From Lentisphaerae bacterium RIFOXYA12_FULL_48_11 (GTDB lineage: Bacteria; Verrucomicrobiota; Kiritimatiellia; UBA8416; YA12-FULL-48-11), in the NCBI GenBank assembly GCA_001804885.1, contig MHBM01000157.1, positions 16,629-80,628 of the forward strand: a DNA stretch of 64,000 nucleotides, in the 5' to 3' direction. A model generated the notes under the pieces. It was given only the letters and a program-made list of their open reading frames with translations. It was not told the origin of the DNA and ran no database searches. Position 1 is the first letter of the stretch. Every line of letters begins with the position of its first letter. Of the stretch, positions 25,749-35,803 are shown piece after piece. The position numbers were made by a program, and so were the translations under genes.

Positions 25749-28152
25749 GAAACTTCACCTCCGTATCCAGACAAATCCCTGTCCGGGCGATCACATCCTC
25801 ACGAATTTTGTTAATCAAAGCCAATACATCTGATGCACATGCACCGGGCTGTGTAATGATAACATTGGCGTGTTTCTTCGAAATAGACGCACCGCCAACC
25901 CCAGCCCCTTTGAGACCAGACCGTTCAATCAGCTTTCCCGCAAAATCTCCTGACGGGTTCTTGAAGATAGATCCCGCCGAACGCAGACCCTTCATCCATG
26001 CCCGCCGTCTTACGATCCCCATTCTCCGCTGTCTGATACTTTTAACGCTGTCCGGAGAAACTTTAAAACCAACCTCTATTAATATTCGATCCCGAAGAGC
26101 CTTGCAGTCCCTGTAAGCAAACCCGGCCGATATCCCGCGCAATGTACACTCGGAGCCATCCTTATTCAAACAGTGAATCCATGAAATATATTTACTTATT
26201 TCATGTCCCCAAGCTCCGGCATTCATTCTCACGGCACCACCGACAGTCCCCGGAATCCCCTCAAGAAATTCCAGCCCGGCCAGCGCATGATCATCCAACC
26301 ACTTCAGCAACTTCGCATTGGAAACTCCGCTCCCGGCAACAACGATATTCTTATCGATAGTAATCCCGCCGAAATCACCACCCGACAGGCGTACGGCGAC
26401 TCCACGAATCCCCAGATCACTTATCACAACATTGCTTCCACCACCTAGCAATGTTAACGGTATCTTATTTTCATGGGTCCACATCAGAACCGTCCTCAAA
26501 TCCATCAGCGAGTCGGTGTTAATAAATACATCTGCCGGACCTCCCACGCCCATCGTGGTTTTGCCAGCCATCATCTCGTTAAGTCTAACTCTTGCCCCGT
26601 GATTAAGCTTAGATGATAAATTTCCACTCTTCATTAATCTGTTTCTTAAATCGGCAACCGGCAACCTGTCCTCCAAAGCCTTGGCGACGGAGGATCTGCA
26701 TTCCGCAATCTCTTCCCTGGCCCACCCGGCGATCTTCTCAACATCACCTGCCCCGATAATAAGAAACAAATCATTTCTTCGGAGCATGGTTCTGAAATAC
26801 ATCCAGGCCTGCTCCAATGATGTCGCCACGGAGACCTTCATCATGTTTGCAGTCTTCTGCCTTCTGAAGTGTCCGTACAAGTCCCAGATTGAACCGCCTT
26901 TTAAGGGTTTCTCAGATGCCTCATAAACAGGAACCAGAACCAGTTCATCAATATCTTTAAACGCGGCCGGAAAAGCAGGTCCTAATGCCAGGGTTCTTGT
27001 ATAACGATGCGGCTGAAAAACCGCCACCAAGCGGGAATGTTTTAATTTTGAGGCCGTCTGTACCAACGCCTTGATTTCCGAAGGATGGTGGGCATAATCA
27101 GAAATCACCGTTATTCCGTCTTTCTCTGCTATCCGCTCAAATCTCCGTCGCGGCAGGGTGACACCAGCCAAACCGCTCCTTATGTGTTCAAACGTCAGAC
27201 CTAATTCCAGGCCCACGGCTGTCGCAGCAAGCGCATTCAGAATATTATGTATCCCTGGAACAGGCAGAGATATGCGTCCTAACTTACATCCGTCACAGAG
27301 CACCGTGAAACTCGAACTTTCAACAAGTTGTGTCAGATCAACTCCGCGGATACTGGCTGTTTTATCCAGCCCATAAGACAGAGTCTTCTTTAAACCTCTA
27401 CACAAAGATGCAGCCCTGCAGTCATCAGCACAATAGATGGTTTTCTGTCGCGCACCTTTGATAAAGCTTCTGAAGCAGTTCTCAAATGCCGTGACACTGT
27501 CAAAATGCTCCATGTGGTCAAACTCGATATTTGTCACAACCGCAATATCAGGAGCATAAAGTTCCAAGGTACCATCGCTTTCATCAGCTTCGACAACAAC
27601 AACATCTTCTCCTTGAAAACATTTCGATCTGCCTATTTCTGAGCGTCCCCGGAATCCTGCTACGCCACCAAGCGCTACTGCCTCTCCGCCTATACACCAT
27701 GAAGGTTGCCGTTCGGCGCTCTTAAGTAACTGGGTGATAAAAGTCGACGTAGTAGTCTTACCATGAGTGCCACCGACTGCCACTGATGTAAAACTCTTGA
27801 TTAATTCCGGGAGCACCATCCCTCTCGAGAAAACTGGCAAGCCTGCCTTCCTGGCACAGGTAATTTCCGGACCATCCAACGGAACGGCTGCACTACGTAT
27901 AACCCAATCCACATCTTTCCTAATATGCTTCGGGTCATGCCCCGCCACGAACTTGACGCCGCGTTCACGCAACCACTCCGACATACGGCCAGGAACCAGA
28001 TCACAACCGCTGACTTTAAAACCCCGTGCTTTCAGAAGAAAAGCCAGCCCCGCCATTCCCACCCCGCAAACACCTGCAAAATGCACATGTCCATTCCCTT
28101 TTGACAGGAGGGTTTTAATTTGAAAGCTGGTTTTATTCTGTGATGCGGTCAT
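25741..28152 (-). CDS. murC/murB: fused UDP-N-acetylmuramate--L-alanine ligase (MurC, N-terminal) / UDP-N-acetylenolpyruvoylglucosamine reductase (MurB, C-terminal)
   Basis: Residues 1-~470 carry the MurC Rossmann start HFAGVCGVGMAGLAFLL, the Mur-ligase P-loop VAVGGTHGKTTTS and EADESDGT. Residues ~480-803 carry the MurB FAD domain (GVGGPADVFINTDSLMDLRTVL...LLGGGSNVV) and MurB C-terminus (KKHANVII). There is no stop between the two halves. Confidence 0.88.
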   Translation of the reverse strand: MTASQNKTSFQIKTLLSKGNGHVHFAGVCGVGMAGLAFLLKARGFKVSGCDLVPGRMSEWLRERGVKFVAGHDPKHIRKDVDWVIRSAAVPLDGPEITCARKAGLPVFSRGMVLPELIKSFTSVAVGGTHGKTTTSTFITQLLKSAERQPSWCIGGEAVALGGVAGFRGRSEIGRSKCFQGEDVVVVEADESDGTLELYAPDIAVVTNIEFDHMEHFDSVTAFENCFRSFIKGARQKTIYCADDCRAASLCRGLKKTLSYGLDKTASIRGVDLTQLVESSSFTVLCDGCKLGRISLPVPGIHNILNALAATAVGLELGLTFEHIRSGLAGVTLPRRRFERIAEKDGITVISDYAHHPSEIKALVQTASKLKHSRLVAVFQPHRYTRTLALGPAFPAAFKDIDELVLVPVYEASEKPLKGGSIWDLYGHFRRQKTANMMKVSVATSLEQAWMYFRTMLRRNDLFLIIGAGDVEKIAGWAREEIAECRSSVAKALEDRLPVADLRNRLMKSGNLSSKLNHGARVRLNEMMAGKTTMGVGGPADVFINTDSLMDLRTVLMWTHENKIPLTLLGGGSNVVISDLGIRGVAVRLSGGDFGGITIDKNIVVAGSGVSNAKLLKWLDDHALAGLEFLEGIPGTVGGAVRMNAGAWGHEISKYISWIHCLNKDGSECTLRGISAGFAYRDCKALRDRILIEVGFKVSPDSVKSIRQRRMGIVRRRAWMKGLRSAGSIFKNPSGDFAGKLIERSGLKGAGVGGASISKKHANVIITQPGACASDVLALINKIREDVIARTGICLDTEVKFLE

Positions 28153-28263
28153 TTCCGTAAGTTATCCAATCCACCTTTATTCACAAGTCGAATTTGTTTT
28201 CTTGCATCAGTCCTCAAACGTCTTTATATCAATCTAGTTCTATATGTTAAAGGAGAACGCAAA

Positions 28264-29892
28264 ATGACAGGGCGTGAAAGAATTAGAAAAGCTTTTCAGA
28301 GACAGGAAACAGACCGGGTCCCATGGGTACCTTTCGTAGGATGCCACGCCGGTTCACTCATTGGTGTTTCAGCCGAGAATTACCTCAAATCCGCGGATAA
28401 CATCGTAAAAGGTCTTGAAAAAGCCATAGAACTATATCAACCGGACGGAATCCCCGTCGTTTTCGACCTGCAGATTGAGGCTGAAACGCTAGGATGTGAC
28501 CTTATGTGGGCCGAACAGAACCCACCCTCTGTTTCGAGCCATACCATTCTAAAAGGGATATCACTGGAATCGCTGAAAGTGCCGACACCTGATTCTGGGC
28601 GAATTCCAATTGCCATCGAAGCAACGCGCCGCATCAGAGAAAAGTATCCCGATATAGCAGTGTACTGTCTCCTGACAGGGCCATTCACCCTCGCATTGCA
28701 CCTCTTGGGAACTGATATTTTCATGAAAATGTTCGATGAACCAGCTTACGTACACCGATTGATGACCTTCTGCTCCGAAGTCTGCAAGAAAATTGCCGGT
28801 TATTATATCGGCGCCGGATGTGACGTGATCGCGCTTGTTGACCCCATGACAAGCCAGATTGGGCCTGACCAGTTCCGGGAATTTGTCAGCCAGTATGCCA
28901 GCGATATTTTCCAGGATATCCGCAAGCAGAACACTCTCAGTTCATTCTTTGTCTGCGGCCACGCCCAACAGAACGTTGAAGCCATGTGCGAGTGTCAGAC
29001 CGACAATATATCCGTTGACGAGAATATCCCGCTCGAATTCGTACGTGATATTTGCCTTTCACATAATGTCAGCTTTGGCGGCAACATCCAGCTGACTTCG
29101 GTTCTTTTGCTGGGCACGCCTATTGATTCCCAGAGAAATGCAATTACATGCGTGGAAACCGCCGGAAACAAGGGTTTCATTCTTTCTCCAGGCTGCGACC
29201 TGCCATACTCAACACCAGCGGCTAATCTCCAGGCAATTACAAAGATTGTACACGACAATTATGAGCGTGACGTAGTCAAGGCAATAGCAGATGACAAACG
29301 CAAGGTGGACCTTCTGAATCTCGCCGATTACGGACAGGCCGACAAGGTGATTGTAGATATCATCACGCTGGACTCCGAAGCCTGTGCGCCCTGCCAGTAT
29401 ATGGTCGAATCTGTAAAAGCAGTCGCTCCCGAGTTTGAAGGAATCGTCATCTGGAGGGAACACAAGATCAAGCATCAGGAATCCCTCATCTTCATGACAT
29501 CCCTCATGGTCCGCAATGTACCAACAATCTGCATTGATGGTGAAATCAGGTTCGTATCACGCATTCCGGCAAGAGACGACCTCATCGCCGCAATACAGAA
29601 ACGTATCAACGACAAACTCCGGATCAAGATCCAGCGTCGTAAAGCCTCGTTGTTGATTCTCGGCGACGGAGGAGAAGCGTGTAAAAAGATCGAAAAGAAC
29701 GCGAAGAAGGCCATAAAAGAACTGGGAGCCGACATCGACATTGTCATGGTTACCGATTCCGATAAAGTGACATCTTACGGCTTCCTGAAAGGTCAGACCC
29801 CGGCAACACTCCTGGCGAGGTATCAGACCAAAACGACCCAGATCATTCCTGAAGTTGCCATAATCAAGGAGTGGATCAAGGACGTAACGTGA
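28264..29892 (+). CDS. uroporphyrinogen-decarboxylase (URO-D/MtaA-like) family protein fused to two C-terminal thioredoxin-fold domains
   Basis: A ribosome-binding site AAAGGAGA precedes the ATG. Residues 1-340 begin [21 protein letters not shown], a URO-D-type N-terminus with His/Cys-rich [14 protein letters not shown]. Residues ~370-450 have CAPC (29383-29394) in a redox-active-disulfide-protein-2-like fold. Residues ~460-540 ([36 protein letters not shown]) repeat that fold with the CxxC reduced to one Cys. Confidence 0.6.
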   Translation: MTGRERIRKAFQRQETDRVPWVPFVGCHAGSLIGVSAENYLKSADNIVKGLEKAIELYQPDGIPVVFDLQIEAETLGCDLMWAEQNPPSVSSHTILKGISLESLKVPTPDSGRIPIAIEATRRIREKYPDIAVYCLLTGPFTLALHLLGTDIFMKMFDEPAYVHRLMTFCSEVCKKIAGYYIGAGCDVIALVDPMTSQIGPDQFREFVSQYASDIFQDIRKQNTLSSFFVCGHAQQNVEAMCECQTDNISVDENIPLEFVRDICLSHNVSFGGNIQLTSVLLLGTPIDSQRNAITCVETAGNKGFILSPGCDLPYSTPAANLQAITKIVHDNYERDVVKAIADDKRKVDLLNLADYGQADKVIVDIITLDSEACAPCQYMVESVKAVAPEFEGIVIWREHKIKHQESLIFMTSLMVRNVPTICIDGEIRFVSRIPARDDLIAAIQKRINDKLRIKIQRRKASLLILGDGGEACKKIEKNAKKAIKELGADIDIVMVTDSDKVTSYGFLKGQTPATLLARYQTKTTQIIPEVAIIKEWIKDVT

Positions 29893-30794
29893 ACAAGATA
29901 CCTGTTATTATTATTACAGGTTATCTTGGCGCCGGAAAAACAACTTTTCTTAATCACATTCTTTCCCTGCCGTCTATAGCAGGAAAGAAACTGGCCCTAA
30001 TAATAAATGAATTCGGATCACTTAGCGTGGATGGACAACTCGTCCGTAAGGGTGATTACTCCAAGTATGATCTGAATCGCGGCAGCATCTTCTGCATCTG
30101 CATCAAGACGGATTTCATAACAACAATGACTTCAATAGCAGAAGAGGTGAAGCCGGATCTGCTCATCATCGAGGCTACCGGCGTTGCCGATCCGTGTGAT
30201 CTTGAACAGATTGTGGATGTTCCAACATTAAAAGACACTTTTGAAATCAGCCGGGAAGTTTGCCTTATCGACGCTGTAAACTTTACGCGCACCGCGCCAA
30301 TCATGCAAGCAGCCCAAAACCAGGTTTTACGCGCTGATATTCTAGTAATCAACAAAACGGACCTGGCATCGGAAAAAGATGTCAACCGACTATCGGAAAT
30401 CCTGCAGCGGATGAATCCTTCCGCCAAGCAGGAGAAAGTCGTTCAGGGACAAATCTCAGAGGAACTTATTATCGGATCGGACAAAACATCACGTAAAGCC
30501 GGATCCTTATCGTGCTGCCCGCCAGAGACCCTGGCTGCTGTATCGGTGCGGTTCAACAAGCAGGTCGACGGGGCAAAACTTCTCTCACTCGTCAAGGAGC
30601 TGGGGAAGAACCTTTTACGCGCAAAAGGCATTATCAACTTTGGTGATGGACCCGTCATTTTTGAGACAATCTTTGAACGTATATCAGAGCGACCGGCTCC
30701 GCAAGCTGACAAGGTAGATATGATGCTTACAATGATAACCCTGGGCATTCCAAAAGATAATCTGCGCTCAAAAATGGAAAGCTTGCAGATCTAA
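29889..30794 (+). CDS. G3E-family P-loop GTPase (CobW/COG0523-like metallochaperone)
   Basis: Walker [20 protein letters not shown] metal-binding CxC ([10 protein letters not shown]) sits in place of the COG0523 CxCC. The GTG at 29889 overlaps the upstream TGA (GTGA), so translation is probably coupled. The alternative start is 29871. Confidence 0.65.
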   Translation: MNKIPVIIITGYLGAGKTTFLNHILSLPSIAGKKLALIINEFGSLSVDGQLVRKGDYSKYDLNRGSIFCICIKTDFITTMTSIAEEVKPDLLIIEATGVADPCDLEQIVDVPTLKDTFEISREVCLIDAVNFTRTAPIMQAAQNQVLRADILVINKTDLASEKDVNRLSEILQRMNPSAKQEKVVQGQISEELIIGSDKTSRKAGSLSCCPPETLAAVSVRFNKQVDGAKLLSLVKELGKNLLRAKGIINFGDGPVIFETIFERISERPAPQADKVDMMLTMITLGIPKDNLRSKMESLQI

Positions 30795-31582
30795 ACCTTC
30801 TTTACGGCATAATTTCTAAGCATTCTGGCAAAAACGCTGACAGGGCTGCCACGTCGACCGACGCGACAAACATGGCTGTCTTGTATTAATCGGCGAAATG
30901 CATCATGGTTGTTCAGATCAAGATCGGCTTCCAATAAAGTACCATAACTGCCGACAACATCTTCCTGTCCGGCAAAAGGAAGAGGATCCGTGCCAGCCAG
31001 AATCTTAACACCCTTACGCTCTGCATATCGCATTATTGCAGGTTCGCCCCAGCCCAATGGACGCATGGAAGTATCACCCACCAGCAATTGATGGGAAGGA
31101 ATGGAATCAAAAACCGACAAAACAATTTCTCCACGATCTCCAAACCATTTACCAGGCGCCCAGGGAAGTACAGGCACTCCTCCCCCGGCAATAATCTGCC
31201 TTATAAGGTCATGGATATTACCACCATCAGGGATATTTAGGTCCGCAGTCAGCGCCAGTACTTCCAGTCTTTCCCTGCTAACTATCTGCCGCCCGGCTAT
31301 CAGATACAGCTGGCCACCTTCCCGATCGGAGACAATAAGAACATTCTTCTCCGAAGACTGTTCGATGGAGTAATTTTGCCCCGAAGGTCGAAGCTGTCCC
31401 GACATCAACTGTTCAAAGAAATTACAACCCTGTCTTTCCGAAAGAAACAAAGCCAAAGCTGCATCCCGGGAAATGCCTTCATGCGTTTTAAGACTACCAA
31501 GGTTATTAAACGCAGCCCGAAAGACCTTGTTCAGATCATAACATTCATAAAGGTGAACATGTGTATCAGCAAGAACCTGCAT
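30791..31582 (-). CDS. hypothetical metal-dependent hydrolase-like protein (N-terminal D-T-H-V-H motif)
   Basis: [13 protein letters not shown] is an HxH metal-binding start, as in the amidohydrolase/TatD/PHP superfamilies. Later acidic residues (GTDPLP) could complete a metal site. No family assignment is possible by eye. Confidence 0.3.
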   Translation of the reverse strand: MQVLADTHVHLYECYDLNKVFRAAFNNLGSLKTHEGISRDAALALFLSERQGCNFFEQLMSGQLRPSGQNYSIEQSSEKNVLIVSDREGGQLYLIAGRQIVSRERLEVLALTADLNIPDGGNIHDLIRQIIAGGGVPVLPWAPGKWFGDRGEIVLSVFDSIPSHQLLVGDTSMRPLGWGEPAIMRYAERKGVKILAGTDPLPFAGQEDVVGSYGTLLEADLDLNNHDAFRRLIQDSHVCRVGRRGSPVSVFARMLRNYAVKKV

Positions 31583-31696
31583 TCCTTACCCCGAAAAAAG
31601 CTTTTTCTTTATGTCTTTTCAGATACTATTGTCTTCACATTGAACAATAACCAATACTTGAACCGGAATAAAGAAACATCTTCCTGACAGGTAGAT

Positions 31697-32401
31697 ATGT
31701 ATCCCGAAACAGCCGATATTGAAACATCTTCAGCCGATTACGCAAAACGGTTCTCGGGCCCGGCCGGGGAATGGATGTTGAAGATCCAGGAACAAATTGT
31801 CACCGACTGGATGAAGTCGCTCCCCAACGCTACTATACTTGATGTCGGAGGAGGACACGGCCAGCTGGCTATTCCGTTTGCCCGGCTCGGTCATCCTGTA
31901 ACAGTACTCGGGAGCGATGCGACATGCGGACTCCGGCTCCAAAACGAGAAATATATTACTTTCAAAACAGGAAACGTCATTGATCTTCCCTTCCCTGACA
32001 AATCGTTTGATGCGGTCATGTGTATTCGGCTTATTCCACACTGTACCCGCTGGCCTGAACTCATTGGCCAGTTATGCAGGGTTGCGAGACAATTGGTTAT
32101 TGTTGATTACCCGACCATCCAAAGCATTAACGTCTTCTCATCTTCCATGTTTGGCCTGAAGAAAAAACTGGAAGGAAATACAAGGCCATTTACATTATTC
32201 AAGCATTCGGAAATCATGAACGAGTTCCAGAAGAATAACTTTGAGAAGGAAAGCTGTCGTGCTCAATTTTTCCTGCCAATGGTTCTGCACCGGAAGCTGA
32301 ATAGCCCTGCCCTGTCGTCCTGCCTTGAAGGTCTTTTCAGAATGACAGGCCTGACCGCTCTGTTTGGATCACCGGTTCTTCTCGAGATGAAACGACAATG
32401 A
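31697..32401 (+). CDS. class I SAM-dependent methyltransferase
   Basis: Motif I ILDVGGGHGQLAIPFA. An acidic post-I residue and motif II/III spacing fit Methyltransf_11/25. Confidence 0.7.
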   Translation: MYPETADIETSSADYAKRFSGPAGEWMLKIQEQIVTDWMKSLPNATILDVGGGHGQLAIPFARLGHPVTVLGSDATCGLRLQNEKYITFKTGNVIDLPFPDKSFDAVMCIRLIPHCTRWPELIGQLCRVARQLVIVDYPTIQSINVFSSSMFGLKKKLEGNTRPFTLFKHSEIMNEFQKNNFEKESCRAQFFLPMVLHRKLNSPALSSCLEGLFRMTGLTALFGSPVLLEMKRQ

Positions 32402-33417
32402 TGAATATTCCACATTCCAGCATTCCAAAGGGAGCAAGGATTTTAGTGACCGGCGCAACCGGTTTTACCGGCTCGCTCCTGACGCGAAAACTGGCGGAAA
32501 ACGGTGCAATAATCCACGCCATAGCCCGGTCCTCATCCAAGATTGAATCATTGCAAGACCTGAATATACGCTGGTTCAGAGGTGAAGTTTATGATCCGGC
32601 GACAGTGAAGACAGCAATGGAAGGCGTATCATACGTTTTCCATCTTGCAGCGGTTTATCGTGAAGCCAAAGCCGGCGAGGACATGAACCACAAGGTTCAT
32701 GTCGAGAGCACAAAGCTGCTCGCAGAAACAGCAAAGACGATCCCGTCCTTCCAGCGCTTCGTACATATATCTACAGTCGGTGTACACGGTCACATCGAAA
32801 ATCCACCGGCTGATGAAAATTACCCATTCAATCCCGGTGACATTTATCAAAAGACCAAGGCTGAAGCTGAATTATGGCTCAAGGAATATGCCAAGACAAC
32901 AGGGCTGCCATTTACCGTGATACGCCCAGCTGCCATTTATGGACCAGGCGACACACGACTTTTGAAAGTATTTAAGATGGCTGCATGGCCTGTCTTCCCG
33001 ATTCTTGGCAATGGCAAATGTCTCTATCACCTGATCCATGTTGATGACCTGACCAGCGTAATGATCCTGACCGCAACACACCCAGCCGCACTCAACGAGA
33101 CTTTCATATGCGGAAACCCTGACCCCATAAAACTTGAAGAAATTGGCCGCACCATTGCATCAGAATTGGGGATGAATACAAGGGTTATCAGGCTTCCTGC
33201 ATGGCCGTTCTTCGCGCTTGGCGCTGTCTGCGAAGCAGTCTGTAAACCGTTCGGCATCGAACCACCGATCTATCGCAGGCGCGTTGCATTTTTCACAAAA
33301 GATCGAGCTTTCAATACCAGTAAATTGCAGGAAAAACTTGGATATTCCTATAAGTATTCCAACAAGGAAGGATTAATCCAAACCGCCAGATGGTATGTCG
33401 AGAACGGCTGGCTTTAG
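32398..33417 (+). CDS. NAD-dependent epimerase/dehydratase (extended SDR)
   Basis: ILVTGATGFTGSLL is a TGxxGxxG Rossmann start, and the catalytic YxxxK is YQKTK. An ATGA overlap with the methyltransferase is present. Confidence 0.75.
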   Translation: MMNIPHSSIPKGARILVTGATGFTGSLLTRKLAENGAIIHAIARSSSKIESLQDLNIRWFRGEVYDPATVKTAMEGVSYVFHLAAVYREAKAGEDMNHKVHVESTKLLAETAKTIPSFQRFVHISTVGVHGHIENPPADENYPFNPGDIYQKTKAEAELWLKEYAKTTGLPFTVIRPAAIYGPGDTRLLKVFKMAAWPVFPILGNGKCLYHLIHVDDLTSVMILTATHPAALNETFICGNPDPIKLEEIGRTIASELGMNTRVIRLPAWPFFALGAVCEAVCKPFGIEPPIYRRRVAFFTKDRAFNTSKLQEKLGYSYKYSNKEGLIQTARWYVENGWL

Positions 33418-33436
33418 AGCCTTCCATAAGAAGGCT
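33414..33436. terminator. convergent-gene hairpin (agagccttc-cataa-gaaggctct)
   Basis: A perfect 9-bp stem with 5-nt loop overlaps the epimerase stop codon and lies just downstream of the convergent GT4 gene. Neither strand has a U-tract. Confidence 0.35.
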
Positions 33437-34600
33437 CTATCCGCGGGTAACAGATTCCATCAGCCTGCAGAATTCTGTAACTGTCTTCTCAAAAGCCTTT
33501 CCTGAATATTTCTCCAGCGCAACTCTTGCAGCTTTTTCAACAAGCTTATTACGCAGATCGGAATCAGATGCAAGACGAAGCATTCCATCAGCAAACCTTT
33601 CTGGTACTGCTGGCTCGAGCACGGCCATCTCATTGGAAAGAACCTGCGTATGCGATTCAATATCTGTCGCCAGTATGGGCTTCCCGGAATTGAGGTATGC
33701 ATAGATCTTCATGGGCGTATTGACACCTGTTATCCTTGGCGAAACCAATACATCTGCAACAGCTACAAATTCTCCTACCTCTTTCACAGGCTTTGGACCC
33801 AGGAAACGGACCATATCTTTAATTCCAAGAGTCGTGCACATATCCTGGTATTTCTTTACGTCAGGAGGCGTCCCACCTACCACGGCCAAGCTGATTTTGA
33901 CCCCCTTCTTAACTGCCAGGGCAAAGCTGTTTAAAAGGAGGTCTATTCCCTGGTATATCTCAAGATTTCCGATATACATGAAACATGTCCCAGCCAGGCC
34001 TAGCTGCTTTTTCTGCTCAGTTGAATTCACTTTGCCCTTGATAGAAAAAGCCGGCGGATCACGTAGAATTATAATCCGTCGCCCTTCACTTCTTTGCGCC
34101 ACTTTTGCAAGCGCATCACAAACCGGAACAACAACCGCGGCACGGCGAATAGCTTTGGATTCAAACCATCTCAGCAAAGGGAGAAGAAACGACAGAAATC
34201 GTTTTTTTTCGACAATTTGTTCCGGCATTGAAGAATCCATGTCATAGACATAAGGTATCCCGTAAATGTTTTTTATCATCTCGGCAATGAACACCGACTC
34301 CTCAACTGCATGGATGTACTGATAGTCCCCACTAACAGCCAACTTCAACGCCTTAAACAACAGCAAGACATCACAAACCAGTTTCTTGAAAGAAAAACCT
34401 GGCGGAATATTGGTAATCCAGGAAAGTGATGGAATGCGAATGATACGGACATTTTTGTACTCGACACCCAATCCTTCATGAAAAGTCAGAACATCCACAA
34501 ACCAACCCTGCCGAGACATAGCCTCGACAAGAGCCCTAACTGCAATGGGCGTACCCCTCTCGGTAAAAAACGGTTGCGGTGCCAACAAGAGAACTTTCAT
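33437..34600 (-). CDS. glycosyltransferase family 4 (GT-B, retaining)
   Basis: The start MKVLLLAPQPFFTERGTPIA is typical of GT4. The C-terminal half has the EX7E-like region (SPRITGVNTPMKIYAYLNSGKPILAT). Confidence 0.7.
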   Translation of the reverse strand: MKVLLLAPQPFFTERGTPIAVRALVEAMSRQGWFVDVLTFHEGLGVEYKNVRIIRIPSLSWITNIPPGFSFKKLVCDVLLLFKALKLAVSGDYQYIHAVEESVFIAEMIKNIYGIPYVYDMDSSMPEQIVEKKRFLSFLLPLLRWFESKAIRRAAVVVPVCDALAKVAQRSEGRRIIILRDPPAFSIKGKVNSTEQKKQLGLAGTCFMYIGNLEIYQGIDLLLNSFALAVKKGVKISLAVVGGTPPDVKKYQDMCTTLGIKDMVRFLGPKPVKEVGEFVAVADVLVSPRITGVNTPMKIYAYLNSGKPILATDIESHTQVLSNEMAVLEPAVPERFADGMLRLASDSDLRNKLVEKAARVALEKYSGKAFEKTVTEFCRLMESVTRG

Positions 34601-34866
34601 ATAATTCCGTGTTTTTACTCCATAAAGAGAGGCTATTCAATCCGAAAAGGGGCTTTCTAAAATTAGCCAAAAAAGCATGTATTCATCCACTGGACAATAG
34701 CACGTCTGCAACGGTTTGTATGCGAGCCGGGAGGACAAAAACCCCGGGAATTGATGTATCCGCAATAGCGCCTCGAACCACAGCTGAATCCTGCTATTTC
34801 TCAGCCAAATCCGATTTGGGTAACACGCCCAGCCCCACCCATCCTAAACGTTAAGGTAACCATGTG

Positions 34867-35132
34867 CTATTTTTGAGCGGAAACCTGAAGTGCTGTTCCG
34901 TCACAGGAGACAATAATATGACCATCGGTATTGGTGACGTACACTTTTGCACCGACCGGTTCATAAAAACGCTTGATTCGTTCAGGGATTCCTTTGGCCC
35001 AGGGTAAATCTGACAGGCAGGCAATTGCAATCTTCGGACGGGTCAGAGCCGCTTCTTCCTGAATGGTATAGATTCCGTTTTACCCGCCAAACACTTTGCA
35101 TGAAAATCTCGATCAATAGTACAACGCGCCAT
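34867..35132 (-). pseudogene. small ORF broken by a frameshift at an A-run (candidate pseudogene or sequencing error)
   Basis: The minus-strand ATG at 35132 gives MARCTIDRDFHAKCLAGKTE.., which stops after 29 codons. A 70-codon frame with no start (NGIYTIQEEAALTRPKIAIACLSDLPWAKGIPERIKRFYEPVGAKVYVTNTDGHIIVSCDGTALQVSAQK*) continues from the same point. The two frames meet at gggtaaaacgg. Confidence 0.4.
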
Positions 35133-35329
35133 TACCTGCTCATTATTACTTTTTTTCCAGTGAAGCTTCCCGCGGCAAGCCGCGGGCATTTTGGCGAAGG
35201 CGAGTAAACTTGTTTAAATTCCCATGCTTCTCCAATAATTCGATCTTTTAAACAACCGTCAAGAAACTGCTGGTTTTTGCATATTGTGACTGGTAGATTT
35301 CTGCACCATGTAATTGCGGATTTGAGAAT

Positions 35330-35803
35330 ATGGCTGACACTTTAAATAATAATGAAAAGGCTGAATCGGTATGGCCGTGTAGTAAAGAAACTATACTAAC
35401 GACCTTACCCGCCAATATGCCACATTCAGCACCAAAACGGGCATTTACCCAATTTGCCATCGCTTTGATCATTGCAGCACTGTTCTATTTTCTATTCAAG
35501 AAACCGGTTATGGCAGCAATTGTGACCGGGATATCCACAGTAGTTCTGATATGCGGTCTTTTCATCCCACCAGCCTTCCTGGCAATCGAGAAATTCGGAT
35601 TGAAACTGGGTGAATGGGTAGCAACAAGTCTGACATGGATCCTGCTCGTACCGTTTTTCTACATCTGTTTTGTACCGGGGCGGATTATCATAAGCCTTGC
35701 CGGCAAGGATCCGCTCAATCTGAAGTTTTCGTCTACAGCAAAGACATACTGGGTACCACGTATTCCTGTAAATGATATTGCACGATACGGAAAACAGCAT
35801 TGA
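35330..35803 (+). CDS. small polytopic membrane protein, SxtJ-like (carbamoyltransferase-associated)
   Basis: 3-4 predicted transmembrane helices. The stop overlaps the carbamoyltransferase start (ATGA at 35800). The true start may be internal (MPHSAPKRAF). Confidence 0.45.
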   Translation: MADTLNNNEKAESVWPCSKETILTTLPANMPHSAPKRAFTQFAIALIIAALFYFLFKKPVMAAIVTGISTVVLICGLFIPPAFLAIEKFGLKLGEWVATSLTWILLVPFFYICFVPGRIIISLAGKDPLNLKFSSTAKTYWVPRIPVNDIARYGKQH

